Positions 24,345 through 38,990 of a stretch of 64,000 bases of DNA are shown here, in pieces. Position 1 is the first letter of the stretch. Every line of letters begins with the position of its first letter. A program made the position numbers and the translations under genes. The DNA is taken from positions 17,591,432-17,655,431 of the forward strand of contig NC_092679.1 in NCBI RefSeq assembly GCF_964355755.1, in the 5' to 3' direction. Below the pieces are notes generated by a model. That model was not told where the DNA came from, searched no databases, and saw only the letters and a program-made list of their open reading frames with translations. Source of the stretch: Antedon mediterranea. Lineage: Eukaryota; Animalia; Echinodermata.

Positions 24345-24650
24345 GATTCACTCTGAAGGAGTAACAATCTGAACGGCACTCAACCAAACGATTAACTCTG
24401 GTTGGAGTGAATCACTCTAAAGCGGCCCTCTGTAGAATGATGATACACTCAGAAGGAGTAACAATCTGAACGGCACTCTGCCAAACGATTAACTCTGGTT
24501 GGAGTGAATCAATCTAAAGCGGCCCTCTGTAGAACGATTCACTCTAAAAGAGTAACAATCTGAAAGGCACTCTGCCAAACGATTAACTCTGGTTGGAGTG
24601 AGTCAATCTGGAGCAGCCCTCTGTAGAACGATTCACTCTGAAGGAGTGGA
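24345..24650. repeat. Tandem repeat of about 90-95 bp, 3 or more units
   Basis: cactctgaaggagtaacaatctgaacggcactc..ccaaacgattaactctggttggagtga recurs three times. Confidence 0.85.
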
Positions 24651-25560
24651 TCAATCTAGATTAAACTGATTTGATTTAATTCAGCATCATACAAAACAAA
24701 TACAGATAAAATTCAATGAATATACAGATCGAAACATCAACAATATACAAAAAAGGTGATACCCAAGGATAAGCCATAAAAGTGAATTCAACCTAATTCC
24801 CACCCACTCCTAATACCAACTTAACCGTGACATTGAAGAATATCTTTATCATATTTAATTGGCTAATCTTATCTTATATCAACTAATCTTTAAAATGTGA
24901 AAGTCATGCAACTTACTTTCATTAGTAGGCCTACCGTAAGATAGTTAGAAATATTTGTTATATTCTCCTCGTTGAACAACCAGGCTGCTACTGGTTATAA
25001 CAATTCCTTACATCAAATAAATGTTAATGATACATTAATTAGCATAAAAATGTTGAATGTGTGGGTATTTTTGTTTATCTATAAGTTCTACATAAAAAAC
25101 ACCGACCTTTTGTTTATATCAAGAACAAGCAGTTTTCTTTTCCTTTTTTCGATACGCTACATCATTCTCAACTTTTCTTTGTTTTTATTTCTGAAAATGA
25201 CTACATACTTCTACATAAACAAGCCCATATACATAATTGTAGTCGAGTGCTCAAATTTGAGTTAGTGTTTACCGACCGACCAATCGACCGACATAGTGAG
25301 CTGTAGAGTCGCGTTTGCACCGACCTTTTGTATATATTAGCACATTTCTACATTTCAACTTTTCTTTGTTTTTTTTCCAGAAACTAACCTTACTAACACT
25401 ACTTAATATGAGGTGTGGTACCCAACATCCTTCAACAATCTGAACCAAAACTTTACAAATCAAAAGTCATTTTCCACAATCAATATTTCTTGTCGGTTTA
25501 GGTTAAAGTTTATTTATTCTTTTTAAAAATTGATTTATTATTCATTATGATTTTACCTAT

Positions 25561-26355
25561 GGGCCTGTTTCTGCTGCAACTGCTCAAAATACGGTATAAA
25601 AATACGGTATAAAATACGGTATTTTTTATACCGTATTTTTTAGTACCCCGTTTCTGCTAACAATACTTCTTGGGTGGTCGTGTTAAATTTCATCTTTTTT
25701 ACCCAAATTGCCATTCATTTATTTGATCGATAATTAAAAGTCGCAATAAAGGAAGTTTTACGTCTCACTTTCAACAGCCTAGCCCTAGTGATAGAGATGT
25801 TGTGAGAGCACAGAAAACATCGTAATGGGGACAATTAATTCGTTCCCTCCCCGAGTTATTGTATTTTGCAATGTTGTACTGCTTTCGCAGGCTCTTCAGC
25901 TTTGAGTTTACTTGCTTTGGAGACAAGTTTATTCCATACTCCTGCTTTATTTTTTTAGAAATGTCTTTATAAATGTGGTTGTCCCTTTTATTACCTTTTA
26001 GTTGGTCAGACATTTTAGCTTCCCCACACACATTTATTTAGTAAAACTGTGACGTATTCGCTCCACATTTTCGCCGAATATATCTATACATGTGTGTAAA
26101 GCAGCTAACAGCGACAGAAAATAAAAACACGAATGGTGACCTTTTGTCATGTAAAAAAAAAATACGGTATTTTTTATTGGCAGTAGAAACGGGTACAAAA
26201 AATACGGTATAAATTTGTAAATACCGTATTTTATCCACAAATTTTGTGGGGAAAATACGGTATACAAAATACGGTATATTTTTTATGAGCGCAGTTTCTG
26301 CTGCCAAAAATATACCGTATATATACGGTATTTAGTTGGCAGCAGAAACAGGGCC
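25561..26355 (-). mobile_element. Internally deleted Harbinger-type DNA transposon with a Myb/SANT (trihelix) domain remnant
   Basis: Imperfect TIRs gggcctgtttctgctgcaact / agttggcagcagaaacagggcc, with TAT on both flanks. ORF 25771..26031 (IYKDISKKIKQEYGINLSPKQVNSKLKSLRKQY...CPHYD) is trihelix-like. Many subterminal AAATACGGTAT motifs. Confidence 0.75.
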
Positions 26356-27160
26356 TATGTCATTGGGGTTGTAACTATTGTAACAACTTGTGTGTAAGCT
26401 TACTGGCAATGACGCATGCGCAGTTTGATTTCTAGAATATAAATTATGGATCGGATTCCTGTGTAGTCACATTTAAATATTACAGATTGGTGGTTGGTAT
26501 GCAATTAGAACCATCATTGTTCAAGGTTGTCAATCAATCAAATAACATATTTCATGATATGATATTTAAATTTTAAGAAAGAAGCGGGCGAATCCAACCG
26601 AATAGGCCAAAAAAAAAAACGCTTTACGCGTTGGAGTTTAAAGGTCAACTTTACTATGGTTTTTAGTAAAACGGTCCTCTAAATTTCTTAGGTGTTACTT
26701 CAATAATAGAAAATAAACATTTATAGCTCATCTTCGTTACTGTAATCATTGGGTTGACATGCTTAGCCATATGGCAAAATAATTATATCTTCATTTTACT
26801 GTCTTATAAATATTTATTTACACGTTACTCAAAGAAATTTACCGCACATAAACATATTGGTAATCAGGAGTAGATAACCATGGAGTAAAGAATAATTATT
26901 CTTTACTCCATGAGATAACATACATAGCTACCTATTATAAAACTGAAAAAACACTTCAGGATTACATAAGGTCATATACTATTACTATATACATAATATT
27001 AATAAATATTTATTTCTCTTTACACAAAGACATTTTTCTGAACATAAAAATGTTAATCTGCGTTATATATAATCAGACAGCCACCGTTCCGTAACAAAAT
27101 CATTGGTCTAACTTACAAAATGAGAATGTAATGAGTATACTGTAGTCAACGCATACGTTA

Positions 27161-30100
27161 AGTGCTTTTACAAAATAACGAATGGAGTTCAGTTGGCTTT
27201 AGTTTACTTTATTTCAAGGTAAGTGATATTCATCAATAAAACAAAATTTAATTTTCTTAAATTTACAGTAAGAAAATAAACTTCTGGATTTATTTTTTCT
27301 TTTCTATACTATTTGGAACATTTTCTGTAGTTTTTTTGTAAACTTTATATAATTAATTCAGTTTTATCTACTTATAAATAGTAATCCCCGAAACCTTGAA
27401 ATACCGGGATGGTGTCCGGCGGGGGATAGCTTCACCATGTAATATAAGTTCTATTTATTTTTTATTAACTGAAAACATTTCAATGTAAATGTTTTTATAT
27501 GTTTACAAATGACAATAAATTTGCTTGACTTGACTAGTGCATTTTCTTAAAATGTAGTTGAAGTATGGTTTTGTTCAATATGTCAGCAATTTTATGCTAA
27601 TTTTGTTAGGTTAGCAAAGTCCTCCATTGTGGGAGATGACTTACATCCTAGAAACGAGTTATTCTCATTAATACGGAGCGGTCGACGCTATAAATCTATA
27701 TCTACCTAACAAATAGGTCATTGAACAGTTTTTTTCCGTCAGCCATTAGGGCACTCAATGACCAGTAATGTGTGATCAAAGATGAATGCAAAATGTTGTA
27801 TATGTAACTAATTGTATATTTGATTATTTATTAACACTGGAACCAATCAATTTTCTATATATGTATATTTAATGTCGGACAGAATCAAGTATTGTATTGT
27901 TGAAACTCTACTTTTGCGATGATATAGTATTCAATGAAAAAAATACAAATTAAGCAAAAGTTAAGATACTTGCAAAATGCAGAGGGCGTGCTATTAATAT
28001 TTTGGTCTATATTGAAGATACAGATAACTCGAGATTTTAATAAGATTTTGTGATGATGTCACCAATATATCTTTTTCCTGAAATCAATAGGCATGATAGG
28101 TTGGTGTCTATTAGCAAAACTAATCAAGAAATCTGTGGAAGTTATCGTGCAAACTTACAAAAACATTGATACTTATTAGAATGCTTTGGAGCATTTTGCC
28201 AAAGTATTTTATCTTTAAACTTGACATGTAAAACAATAATGTATCGTACAAACTGAGACACATAAAGCAGGTAATAAACATTTAACAAGCAAAATCGTGA
28301 ACGTAAATACGAGCGAAATTAGTTAAAAGAAGAAGAAAAACATCAGAGATAATTTTGATTCCTTAATTAATTTATTTTGCAAATACACAGAATAATTTTT
28401 TTAAAGTCTGGTCACACTCTCGTTATTACGCCTACATCATTTTACACTTACTTACGTACATACTGTATAAAGCGTGGTTCCCACTAGCGACGCAACGCAA
28501 GGACGTAACGCAACGCAAGTGATTGACCAATCACAAGCGATGGCTTATTCGCTTGTGATTGCTAACTGTCTATAACTTCGCTGGTCATTGGTTAAAACGC
28601 TTGCGTTGCGTTTACGTCCTTGCGTTACGTTCTAGTGGGAACCAAGCTTAAGGGATACCCGAGTATGTGTCTTCTGAGTATAGTGGTGTCTCCGAAGAGA
28701 GTGGTTCTATACTGTCCATAGAATGCAGTTTCTAGGCTATAGTGTTTTGATATTTGTTTAGATATCTGTAGATTCATTTCATAGACAATGATAATTATGT
28801 ACGACATTTAAATAACCTTTTGACATTTTGACCGTTTTGTGGCAGAATCATCATAATCGTTATAATTGTGACTTACTGGTAACTGACTGGTAACCGCTGT
28901 ATGAACTTACAAATGGAGTAAAACTTTACGTAATTAAACAAGAATTCTGTAATACTATAGACAGTCACATTAATTTCTATTTGATCTTTTATATAAATCT
29001 ATTCATCGTCGTTACACCATAAGTATGATAAATGCGTACTGTACATTAATAGATGAATTAAACGTTATTAATATTAGGGGGTTTTCGATTTGTGGCGACA
29101 CACGACCTGGAACAAGTTGGGACAATTGATGTGTCGTTGGTTGTCGCATGGGCCTCTAGACACAACCAAAACTTCCTTAATATAACGTCCTCGCATGCGC
29201 ACAATTAATTAATAGTCATCGGTCCGACGCGTATTATAAAACTGAATGGTCCTTTTGGAGGCCAAGCAGATACTCGGTTAATGCAAGCGATGTGTATAGG
29301 ATGGTACTCGCTTAAGTTCGCGTAAATTGTTCTGAAAAATATATACCGGTAGTAGAATAACAAATAGCAAATAACCCCAATTTTATTACATATCAAAATG
29401 TGAAAAACTTTCTAGAAAAGATCAGAAAAACATGAAAAACCAATAATATTAAATATTATACTATTTAATACTATATTAAAAACTATTGAAATCCTTAAGT
29501 TTTTTTTAGATTTAGAAAACACCTTAACCAGCAGAATTCAAATTTAGTAATTTTATCTTAAAATACATTCTTAAACTCAGTTAAGTTTAATGTATTTCAG
29601 GTCAAGAAACCATAAACAATATTAATTTAAGGCATACTGAAAAACCCCGTTTTAAGGCAAAGGGAATGCTACATGTCATGCACTATGTCGCCATCCATTT
29701 AATGGTATGTTCACACGTACGACGCAAATAGTAAGGTAATTCACGGATTAAAATACCAAGGTGTTCACACGTACGGTGTACGTTATATTAATAAATTGCG
29801 TTAAGCTCAGTTCCCACGATCGGTTTTTTTCTTCCGTCTTCCAAAGGGACACTGTATTGATTGATGGAAAGTGCCTGTTTCCAGTCACCTTTAGGGTCAA
29901 ATCTATTATTTTAACTGCTCCCTTGTGTATAAAAGAGAGAAAATAGTGACTTATAATTAAACACACAATTCTGAGCCCCCTACTATTTGGTGTGAACAGA
30001 TTGGCATACTATAACTTATTATTATTATTCTTTATTTGGTCCAATTAAAAAAAATACATCAGAAATTCCTCTTATATACACTGCAGAGATAGTAACAAAT

Positions 30101-33100
30101 ATTCATACAAAATACAAATCAAATACAAATGTCGACGATTTCACTCCATTTCGAAGTGAGGAGGACACGAATTGATGTTCGGATGAAAGTATGTGTAAAA
30201 CTGTGGCATGACGGCGAAAAAAATTGTTGTTCCTCTCTTCTCATAGGCCTATATGGTTTTAATCTCTCTTATTATTTCCTAATTTCTTTTTACTCTCTTC
30301 CCAATTTCATACTAAATGCTGAAAGCGACAAAGAGCGCGCTATATCGGTCCATATTATATAAGACACTGATAATTTGAGGCTTTTGTGACGTCACAAACA
30401 TATATTTTCTGATAATCAATGGATATGTTTTTTATCGTGCAAACAAAATGATATTTAACATGGTTGTCACAAACATTTGCACCGCCCTATTTTTAATACT
30501 TTACAAAACGATGTTATTTTTGATATTATAACATTATTTCCCAACCTGCAGACGACAGGTTAATTTAATTTTATGTTGACCAATTCCATACTTTAGCCTA
30601 ATAAAGTTTTATCGAGGTTAAACATACGAATTATCAACACATTAAACATTTCAGTTTGTTGCTTTCAAGCTTTTCCATTTTTTTTACCTTTTCAATTACA
30701 TTGAATTTGAAGAAAATTAATATTTAACCAAAAGCGGTCTATATCTTGTGGGGTCTTGTACATACAACTTGTGTTAACATTTATAATCTGTGTTTAGTAG
30801 CGTCAGAGGACGCCAATTCTATAACAGCTTTTTTATCGCCTGCTTTGTACAATGATTTGATAATACCACGTATATGTGAAAAACTCATATCGTTCTTTAA
30901 TTAATATGTATACATTTTTATTACGTCCTTCCTAGAAATGTATATAAAACTCATCGAACTCACGAACCTTTGCACTCGCCCTTTTGTTATATTCTACAAA
31001 ACGATGTTATTTGTGATATTATAACATTATTTCCCAACCTGCAGAAAAAAGGTTACTTTAATTTAATATTGACAAATTTCATATTTTATCCTAGTTTTTA
31101 TCGAGGTCAACCCATTGGCCTAAATTTCAGTTCGTTGCTTAGGTTTTTTGTGGTGTTTTTTTTTCAATTTCTTACATTGAATTTGAAGAAAATAAATATT
31201 TATTGAATGAATGAGTGAGTGTTAAGTTTAAACTTAAAAAGGGCTCACTATATGAGAATGTTTACCAGGCGCATTGAGTGCTTTTACAAAATAACGAATG
31301 GAGTTCAGTTGGCTTCAGTTTACTTTAGTCTCAAGGTAAGTGATATTCATTATCCCCGAAATCTCGACTAAGAAATACCGGAATGGTGTCCAGCGGGGGA
31401 TAGTTTATTACCATTAGTTAGGGTCTAATGTAAAGCACCTAGATGGGTCAGTTACCCATTAGGCGCTATATAAATATTGTTTATTATTATTATTAATATC
31501 AAAAAAACAAAATTAAATTTTCTTAAATTTGCAGCAACAAAATAAATTTCTGGATCAATTTGTTCTTTTCTATTTGGAAATTCATATAATTAATTCAGTT
31601 TTATCTACTTATAAATAGTAATCCCCGAAACCTTGAAATACCGGGATGGTGTCCGGCGGGGGATAGCTTCACCATGTAATATAAGTTCTATTTATTTTTT
31701 ATTAACCGAAAACATTTCAATGTAAATGTTTTTATATGTTTACAAATGACAATAAATTTGCTTGACTTGACTGGTGCATTTTCTTAAAATGTAGTTGCAG
31801 TATGGTTTTGTTTAATATATCAGCAATGTTATGCTAATTTTGTTAGGTTAGCAAAGTCCTCCATTGTGGGAAATGACTTACATCCTATAAACGAGTTATT
31901 CTCATTAATACGGAGCGGTCGACGCTATAAATCTATATCTACCCAACAAATAGGTAATTGAACAGTTTTTTTTCCGTCAGCCATTAGGGCACTCAATGAC
32001 CAGTAATGTGTGATCAAAGATGAATGCAAAATGTTGTATATGTAACTAATTGTATATTTGATTATTTATTAACACTGGAACCAATCAACCAATCAAACTG
32101 AAACACATAAAGCAGGTAATAAACATTAATAACAAGCAAAATCGTGAACGTAAATACGAGCGAAATTATAGTTAAAAGAAGAAGAAAAACATCAGAGATA
32201 ATTTTGATTCCTTAATTAATTTATTTTGCAAATACACAGAATAATTTTTTAAAAGTCTGGTCACACTCTCGTTATCACGCCTACATCATTTTACACTTAT
32301 TTACGTACATGCTGTTGTATAAAGCGTGGTTCTCACTAGCGACGCAACGCAAGGACGTAACGCAACGCAAGTGAATTGACCAATCAAAAGCGATGGCTTA
32401 TTCGCTTGTGATTGCTAACTGTCTATAACTTCGCTGGTCATTGGTTAAAACGCTTGCGTTGCGTTTACGTCCTTGCGTTACGTTCTAGCGTTACGTTCTA
32501 GTGGGAACCAAGCTTAAGGGATACCCGAGTATGTGTCTTCTGAGTATAGTGGTGTCTCCGAAGAGAGTCACGAGAGTGGTTCTATACTGTCCGTAGAACG
32601 CAGTTTCTAGGCTATAGTGTTTTGATATTTGTTTAGATATCTGTAGATTCATTTCATAGAAAATGATAATTATGTACAACATTTAAATAACCTTTTGACA
32701 TTTTGACCGTTTTGTGGCAGAATCATCATAATCGTTATAATTGTGACTTACTGGTAACTGACTGGTAACCGCTGTATGAACTTACAAATGGAGTAAAACT
32801 TTACGTAATTAAACAAGAATTCTGTAATACTATAGACAGTCACATTAATTTCTATTTGATCTTTTATAGAAATCTATTCATCGTCATTACAGCATAAGTA
32901 TGATAAATGTGTACTGTACATAAATAGATGAATTAAACGTTATTAATATTAGGGGGTTTTCGATTTGTGGCGACACACGACCTGGAACAAGTTGGGACAA
33001 TTGATGTGTCGTTGGTTGTCGCATGGACCTCTAGACACCACCAAAACTGTCTTAATATATAACGTCCTCGCATGCGCACAATTAATTAATAGTTATGTCA

Positions 33101-34996
33101 TCGGTCCGACGCGTATTATAAAACTGAATGGTCCTTTTGGAGGCCAAGCAGATGTATAGAATGGTACTCTCTTAAGTTCGCGTAAATTGTTCTGAAAAAC
33201 ATATACCGGTAGTAAAATAACAAATAGCAAATAACCCCAATTTTATTACAGATCAAAATGTGAAAAACTTTCTAGAAAAGATCAGAAAAACATTTAAAAA
33301 AACAATAATAATAAATATTATACTATTTAATACTATATTAAAAACTATTGAAGTTTTTTTTTTAGATTTAGAAAACACCTCAACCAGCAGAATTCAAATT
33401 TAGTAATTTTATCTTAAAATACATTCTTAAACTCAGTTAAGTTTAATGTATTTCAGGTCAAGACATGGAAACATAAATAATATTAATTTAAGGCATACTG
33501 AAAAACCCCGTTTTAAGGCAAGTGTATGCTACATGTCATGCACTATGTCGCCATCCATTTAATGGTATGTTCACACGTACGACGCAAATAGTAAGGTAAT
33601 TCACGGATTAAAATGCCAAGGTGTTCACACGTACGGTGTACGTTATATTAATGAATTGCGTTAAACACACAAGTCCAAGTTTGAGCCCTTACTATTTGGT
33701 GTGAACAGATTGGCATACTATAACTTATTATTATTATTCTTTATTTGGTCCAATTAAAAAAAATACATCAGAAATTCCTCTTATATACACTGCAAAGATA
33801 GTAACAAATTATACATACAAAATGCAAATACAAATGTCGACGATTTCACTCCATTTCGAAGTGAGGAGGACACGAATTGATGTTCGGATGAAAGTATAAT
33901 GTGTAAAACTGTGGCATGACGGCGAAAAAAATTATTGTTCCTCTCTTCTCATATATGCTTTTAATCTCTCTTATTATTTCTTAATTTCTTTTTACTCTCT
34001 TCACAATTTCGCTGAAAGCGACAAAGGGCGCGCTACTTAATATTTCGGTCCATATTATATAAGACACTGATAATTTGAGGCTTTTGTGACGTCACAAACA
34101 TATATTTTCTGATAATCAATGGATACAGTATGTTTTTTATCGTGCAAACAAAATGATATTTAACATGATTGTAATGTTTTATCACAAACATTTGCACCGC
34201 CCTATTTTTAATATTTTACAAAACGATGTTATTTTTGATATTATAACATTATTTCCCAACCTGCAGACGACAGGTTAATTTAATTTTATGTTGACCAATT
34301 CCATACTTTAGCCTAATAAAGTTTTATCGAGGTTAAACATACGAATTATCAACACATTAAACATTTCAGTTTGTTGCTTTCAAGCTTTTCCATTTTTTTT
34401 TACTTTTCAATTTCATACATTGAATTTGAAGAAAATTAATATTTAACCAAAAGCGGTCTATATCTTGTGGAGTCTTGTACATACAACTTGTGTTAACATT
34501 TATAATCTGTGTTTAGTAGCGTCAGAGGACGCCAATTCTATAACAGCTTTTTTATCGCCTGCTTTGTACAATGATTTGATAATACCACGTATATGTGAAA
34601 AACTCATATCGTTCTTTAATTAATATGTATACATTTTTATTACGTCCTTCCTAGAAATGTATATAAAACTCATCGAACTCACGAACCTACGAACCTTTGC
34701 ACTCGCCCTTTTGTTATATTCTACAAAACGATGTTATTTGTGATATTATAACATTATTTCCCAACCTGCAGAAAAAAGGTTACTTTAATTTAATATTGAC
34801 AAATTTCATATTTTATCCTAGTTTTTATCGAGGTCAACCCATTGGCCTAAATTTCAGTTCGTTGCTTAGGTTTTTTGTGTTTTTTTTCTTCAATTTCTTA
34901 CATTGAATTTGAAGAAAATAAATATTTATTGAATGAATGAGTGAGTGTTAAGTTTAAACTTAAAAAGGGCTCACTATATGAGAATGTTTACCAGGC
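27161..34996 (+). repeat. Tandem segmental duplication (27161-31270 and 31277-34996)
   Basis: Both units start agtgcttttacaaaataacgaatggag and end gagaatgtttaccaggc. The duplicated spurious ORFs 28625/32491 and 30970/34697 confirm the pairing. Confidence 0.92.
28471..28648. mobile_element. Harbinger-type MITE (second copy near 32323-32514)
   Basis: TIR agcgtggttcccactag / ctagtgggaaccaagct with TAA TSD. Confidence 0.75.
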
Positions 34997-36656
34997 ACCC
35001 GAAGGCGGTCTGATTGAATACGGTCTTTATTAGTTAGTTTTGTTATTGTATAGCCAGATAACAATTAACAGCTGTTCTTCTGTTCTATAATTGTACATTG
35101 TTTATATACACAATTGGATGGGGTCTTAAGACACATTGCATTATGGAGGAATTAGTAACTAGTTTATCTATGTAAGTATATCTACATTATTATTATGCCC
35201 GGTTATTATGTCTGTCTAATGACAGGGCCATACACGTGACTGAGTTGGTAGGCACCTCCGTCTGTGTTGATGGTTTGGGTTCCACGTCGTCGGATCCAAA
35301 TGGTATCTCTGACGCGTCTGTTGTTTACATCGGTTCTCTATTGATGATTTTAAGTTTTGTTCAGTAATTACCCAGAATTGGCCCTTTAAAGGTAAATCTA
35401 TTTAATAACATATTTGTTACTTTTCTGAAGAAGCTTTTCGAGGACGGCGAAACTGTCAAGCAGGTTAGTTTTCTCACTCATTTTTGGAAGTTTTTTTTTC
35501 AAAAAGAATTATAAATTCATGAATATCCAAAACCATATGAACATTTATAATCACATATTATATATTATTGTCTAATAGATTTTTGTTAAGCATGCGTTTA
35601 TGAGAGCGCCTTTAGAAAGCTAAACTTTTTTTAGAAACTCAAATTCTATTAAGTAGTGATGGAATCTGTCGACCTCTGTTTCGAAATTGTGTGAAAGTAA
35701 AGATTTTCTGTTATTCTCTTCTCTGGCAATGTCCTAGCCTATATACGGTTTGCCTGTTGTTATACACTTAAGCTTATACTGGGTATAGTAGCATGATACA
35801 CATAATGAATTTGTATGAGTTGAATGGGAAGACTATTTTCATTCGTTGAAAGATTGTTCTAATTACCGAAGCGGACTCGTGTTATATCGACAGTGCTTTC
35901 AACGAATAAAAACGTTCTCCCCATTCTCAACTCACACGAGTTCATTATTATTTTTGATATTAAGTGTAAGTGTAAAAGTACACTTTTATTCAATGAATTC
36001 TCTGCTTCAATCTTGAATTAAATAATAATAATAACTTTGTTATATAAGAATAGTATCGAATTATAAGGTACACTGAGTAAACATGAACTTTTAGCGGTAA
36101 TAACTGACATTTTCAAAAACTGTATTCGGCAAATGTGTACATTATAAAACATTTTCAGACCTATTTTATGTGTATGTTGAACGTTGTGCTGTTGTTGCTG
36201 TTTGTCATCGATTTTCAAGCCTGTTTTCCAGTCGACGTTGAGTTGCGGCGAGTTGGCGTTGAATTGATCGGAATTTACAGGAAAAGGTGATTCTAAATGA
36301 TTTCTTTCCAAGAGATATCGGGGGATACCTTTTAGGCATTGTGGTAGAAGTAACTACGCTCATTGTGACCATTGTTTGAACCTAAACGTGTGTGCTTGTT
36401 TTATTTTATTTAGCATATCGGTCGGTCAAATTTGAACAAAACCATATACATGGCTGCAGTCGCGTGCTGAAGGTAGTGTTTACCTACCAACACAGTGAGC
36501 TGTAGAGTCGCGTTGCACGCGACTAAAAATGGCGGGAAGTAGACCTAATTAGGTTATATGCATTAATGCATATAACCTCTTGATTCTGTCAGGATCTTTA
36601 TTTATTTATTTATTCTTTCCTTAGCACTATTTTGCCCGTGAATTATCTTTTTTCAT

Positions 36657-38990
36657 TTTTTTTTTTTTTTTTTTTTTTATTTATTTCAAAAAATACAACC
36701 ATAACACAAAATCACTTAAATATAAAGTAATAGGTATCAAAATGATATGACCGTTTAAATAAAGTAACTTACAGTGATAAAACAATATTAAAAACTATAA
36801 ATTATTAATTCCATTCTTTTTTTAATGTAAATAATTAATTAATTTGGTAAATGCTGTGTTTTCCACAATTATGTAACTAATCTAACTAAATATAATTGTA
36901 TTAATCAAATTAGCCAAAGATATACATTTACTAACATATTAATTTTTTTTTTGTCTTTACATAGTAATAATAAATAATACTCATATACATACACACACAA
37001 ACACCCAAATATATCTTAATCTGTACTATAACCAAGGAACTATTATAATTGTATTAATTAAAATCAGATAACTACATTTAACAACATAACCATTTTTGTT
37101 TCTTTAAAAAAATACATAATATATTTTTAATTATCTGTATTGTAACCAAGGAACTAATAGTATGCCTATAATAAATAATTAAAAATATCTAACAAGTGCA
37201 AGTAATAATTTCTGGTTTACATTTTAATTCAATACAATAATAAAGAGCAAGCGTAATAATAATAATACACAAAAGTAAGTCATTTTCTCGAGAAACAGTA
37301 TCATTAAGTTATTAAATATAGGCCTAATCAATTTACTTTGAGATGTTGGTATTTTAAAGATTTTTTTAATTAGGGCTCTGTATATATTTTTTGTACTCAT
37401 ACTTTCTAATTCTTGTTCTTCATTCTTTACTTCCACTATAAACCCTCTCTTTTTATAATTTTTTCGTAAAAACCCTAGCTTCATGTTTGCTTTCCACTGT
37501 GGGAGTATTGCAGATATCGTCATTCTCCAGTTAGCCTCTCTTTATCCACGTATTAAAGACCCCTTCCCTGCAATTTTGGACGTTTTTTGGAAAATAATAC
37601 ATATATATCACTTTAAAAACATTAAACCATGTCATTCCTTGTCTTAAATGTACGTTTTATGGTAAATTATGATAAAAAGTGAGAAACAATGCACTACCTA
37701 AGTAGCTCGCGGCGATCGACCTCTCGTGGACGGTCTTAGGCCTAGCCTGGCTAGGCTTAGTTTTGTAGGCCTAGCTGGTAAACATCGGTAACGTGCGAAC
37801 ATCGTACGCTAGCTATATACCTAGCCTGACGTTGTATAGTTGCTGCATTAATTGTCTTTCTATTTTTGCCAGACTCCGTTGATACAAATTGGGGAAAACC
37901 CGGTATTTTCGCTGAAAAGTTAGGAGTCTTCCATTAATTGTTTTGGCCTCACGATCGATCGAAAAGTGGGCGAATTACAGGTGAAAAACAAAAATATCAA
38001 TCCGCGCGCAATGCATTTTGGGATTTATAGCGGGCCGCTATAATTATTAAAATCGACTTATTTTTCACATTTTTAACCGTTTAAAGACGAAAAAAGTTAT
38101 TGCAATAGGACCATATAGTATTATTTTTACATTAAATATAGTTTGTGATCTTAAATTAGATCTAAAAAACGTAGGGAATGGGGCTTTAAAGGGAATGATA
38201 TTACCGTTTTCATAAAAAAGGTCGCTTACTAAACATATCCCAACATCTCTGAGGCTCTTGTAATAAAATGGCTTGCCATGTATATGCATGTGCCTATTAA
38301 ACCATATATATTGGGACCCTTCGTTTACTGTATCAGGATGTATTAATTCGAAATAAGCGTTTAACATATCCTTATAAAACAATGGAGTATTTTTCCAACT
38401 ACGGACACAGTCCGCGCTTACATTACAATAAAAAATAGTGTCGCCTCCTTGCTTATTTAGGAACCTATGTAGTAGAGATCTCCATGCTGCATTGACATTT
38501 ATGTTATATCGTTGTATCCATTTTATCTTTAATGCCTTAAACATACTTTTGATATCTACCATTTTTAAGCCGCCTTCTTCAATATTCCCAATTAATATTG
38601 TTCTTTTTATCATACCTTTACCACCGTTCCATAAGAAATTGAATAGAATTGTTTCAATTGATTTAACTACATGGGGCGGTATAATGTATGATAGATGCTA
38701 AATATATAAATTGGGATATTGCGAATGTTTTAATTAAAATAATTTTTCCTGCTAAGGTTAGTTGTCTGGTTCTCCATATGTTTAATATTGTTTTTAGTTG
38801 TTTAATTATCGTTTCGAAATTACATATTTCCCGTTGTCTTTCATTATAAGAAAAGTAAACTCCTAATGCTTTTACTGGTTGTTGTGGCCATTGCATATGT
38901 ATTGGTTTGTTTTTACATCGCCTATTTTTTATTTTTATATTTAATTTCAAGCCCGATATTTTTGAAAAAAAATTTTTTTTGAATTATCTT
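36657..38990 (-). mobile_element. 5'-truncated, decayed L1/Tx1-clade LINE with poly(A) tail
   Basis: ORF fragments VKALGVYF..WRTRQLTLAGKIILIKTFAISQFIY and EEGGLKMVDIKSMFKALKIKWIQR, plus STKNIYRALI. Poly-T on the + strand near 36657-36678. Confidence 0.85.
37557..38185. mobile_element. Kolobok-like MITE interrupting the Tx1 ORF2
   Basis: ttaa|agaccccttccct ... agggaatggggct|ttaa. The LINE homology breaks at GNIIPFK. Confidence 0.75.
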
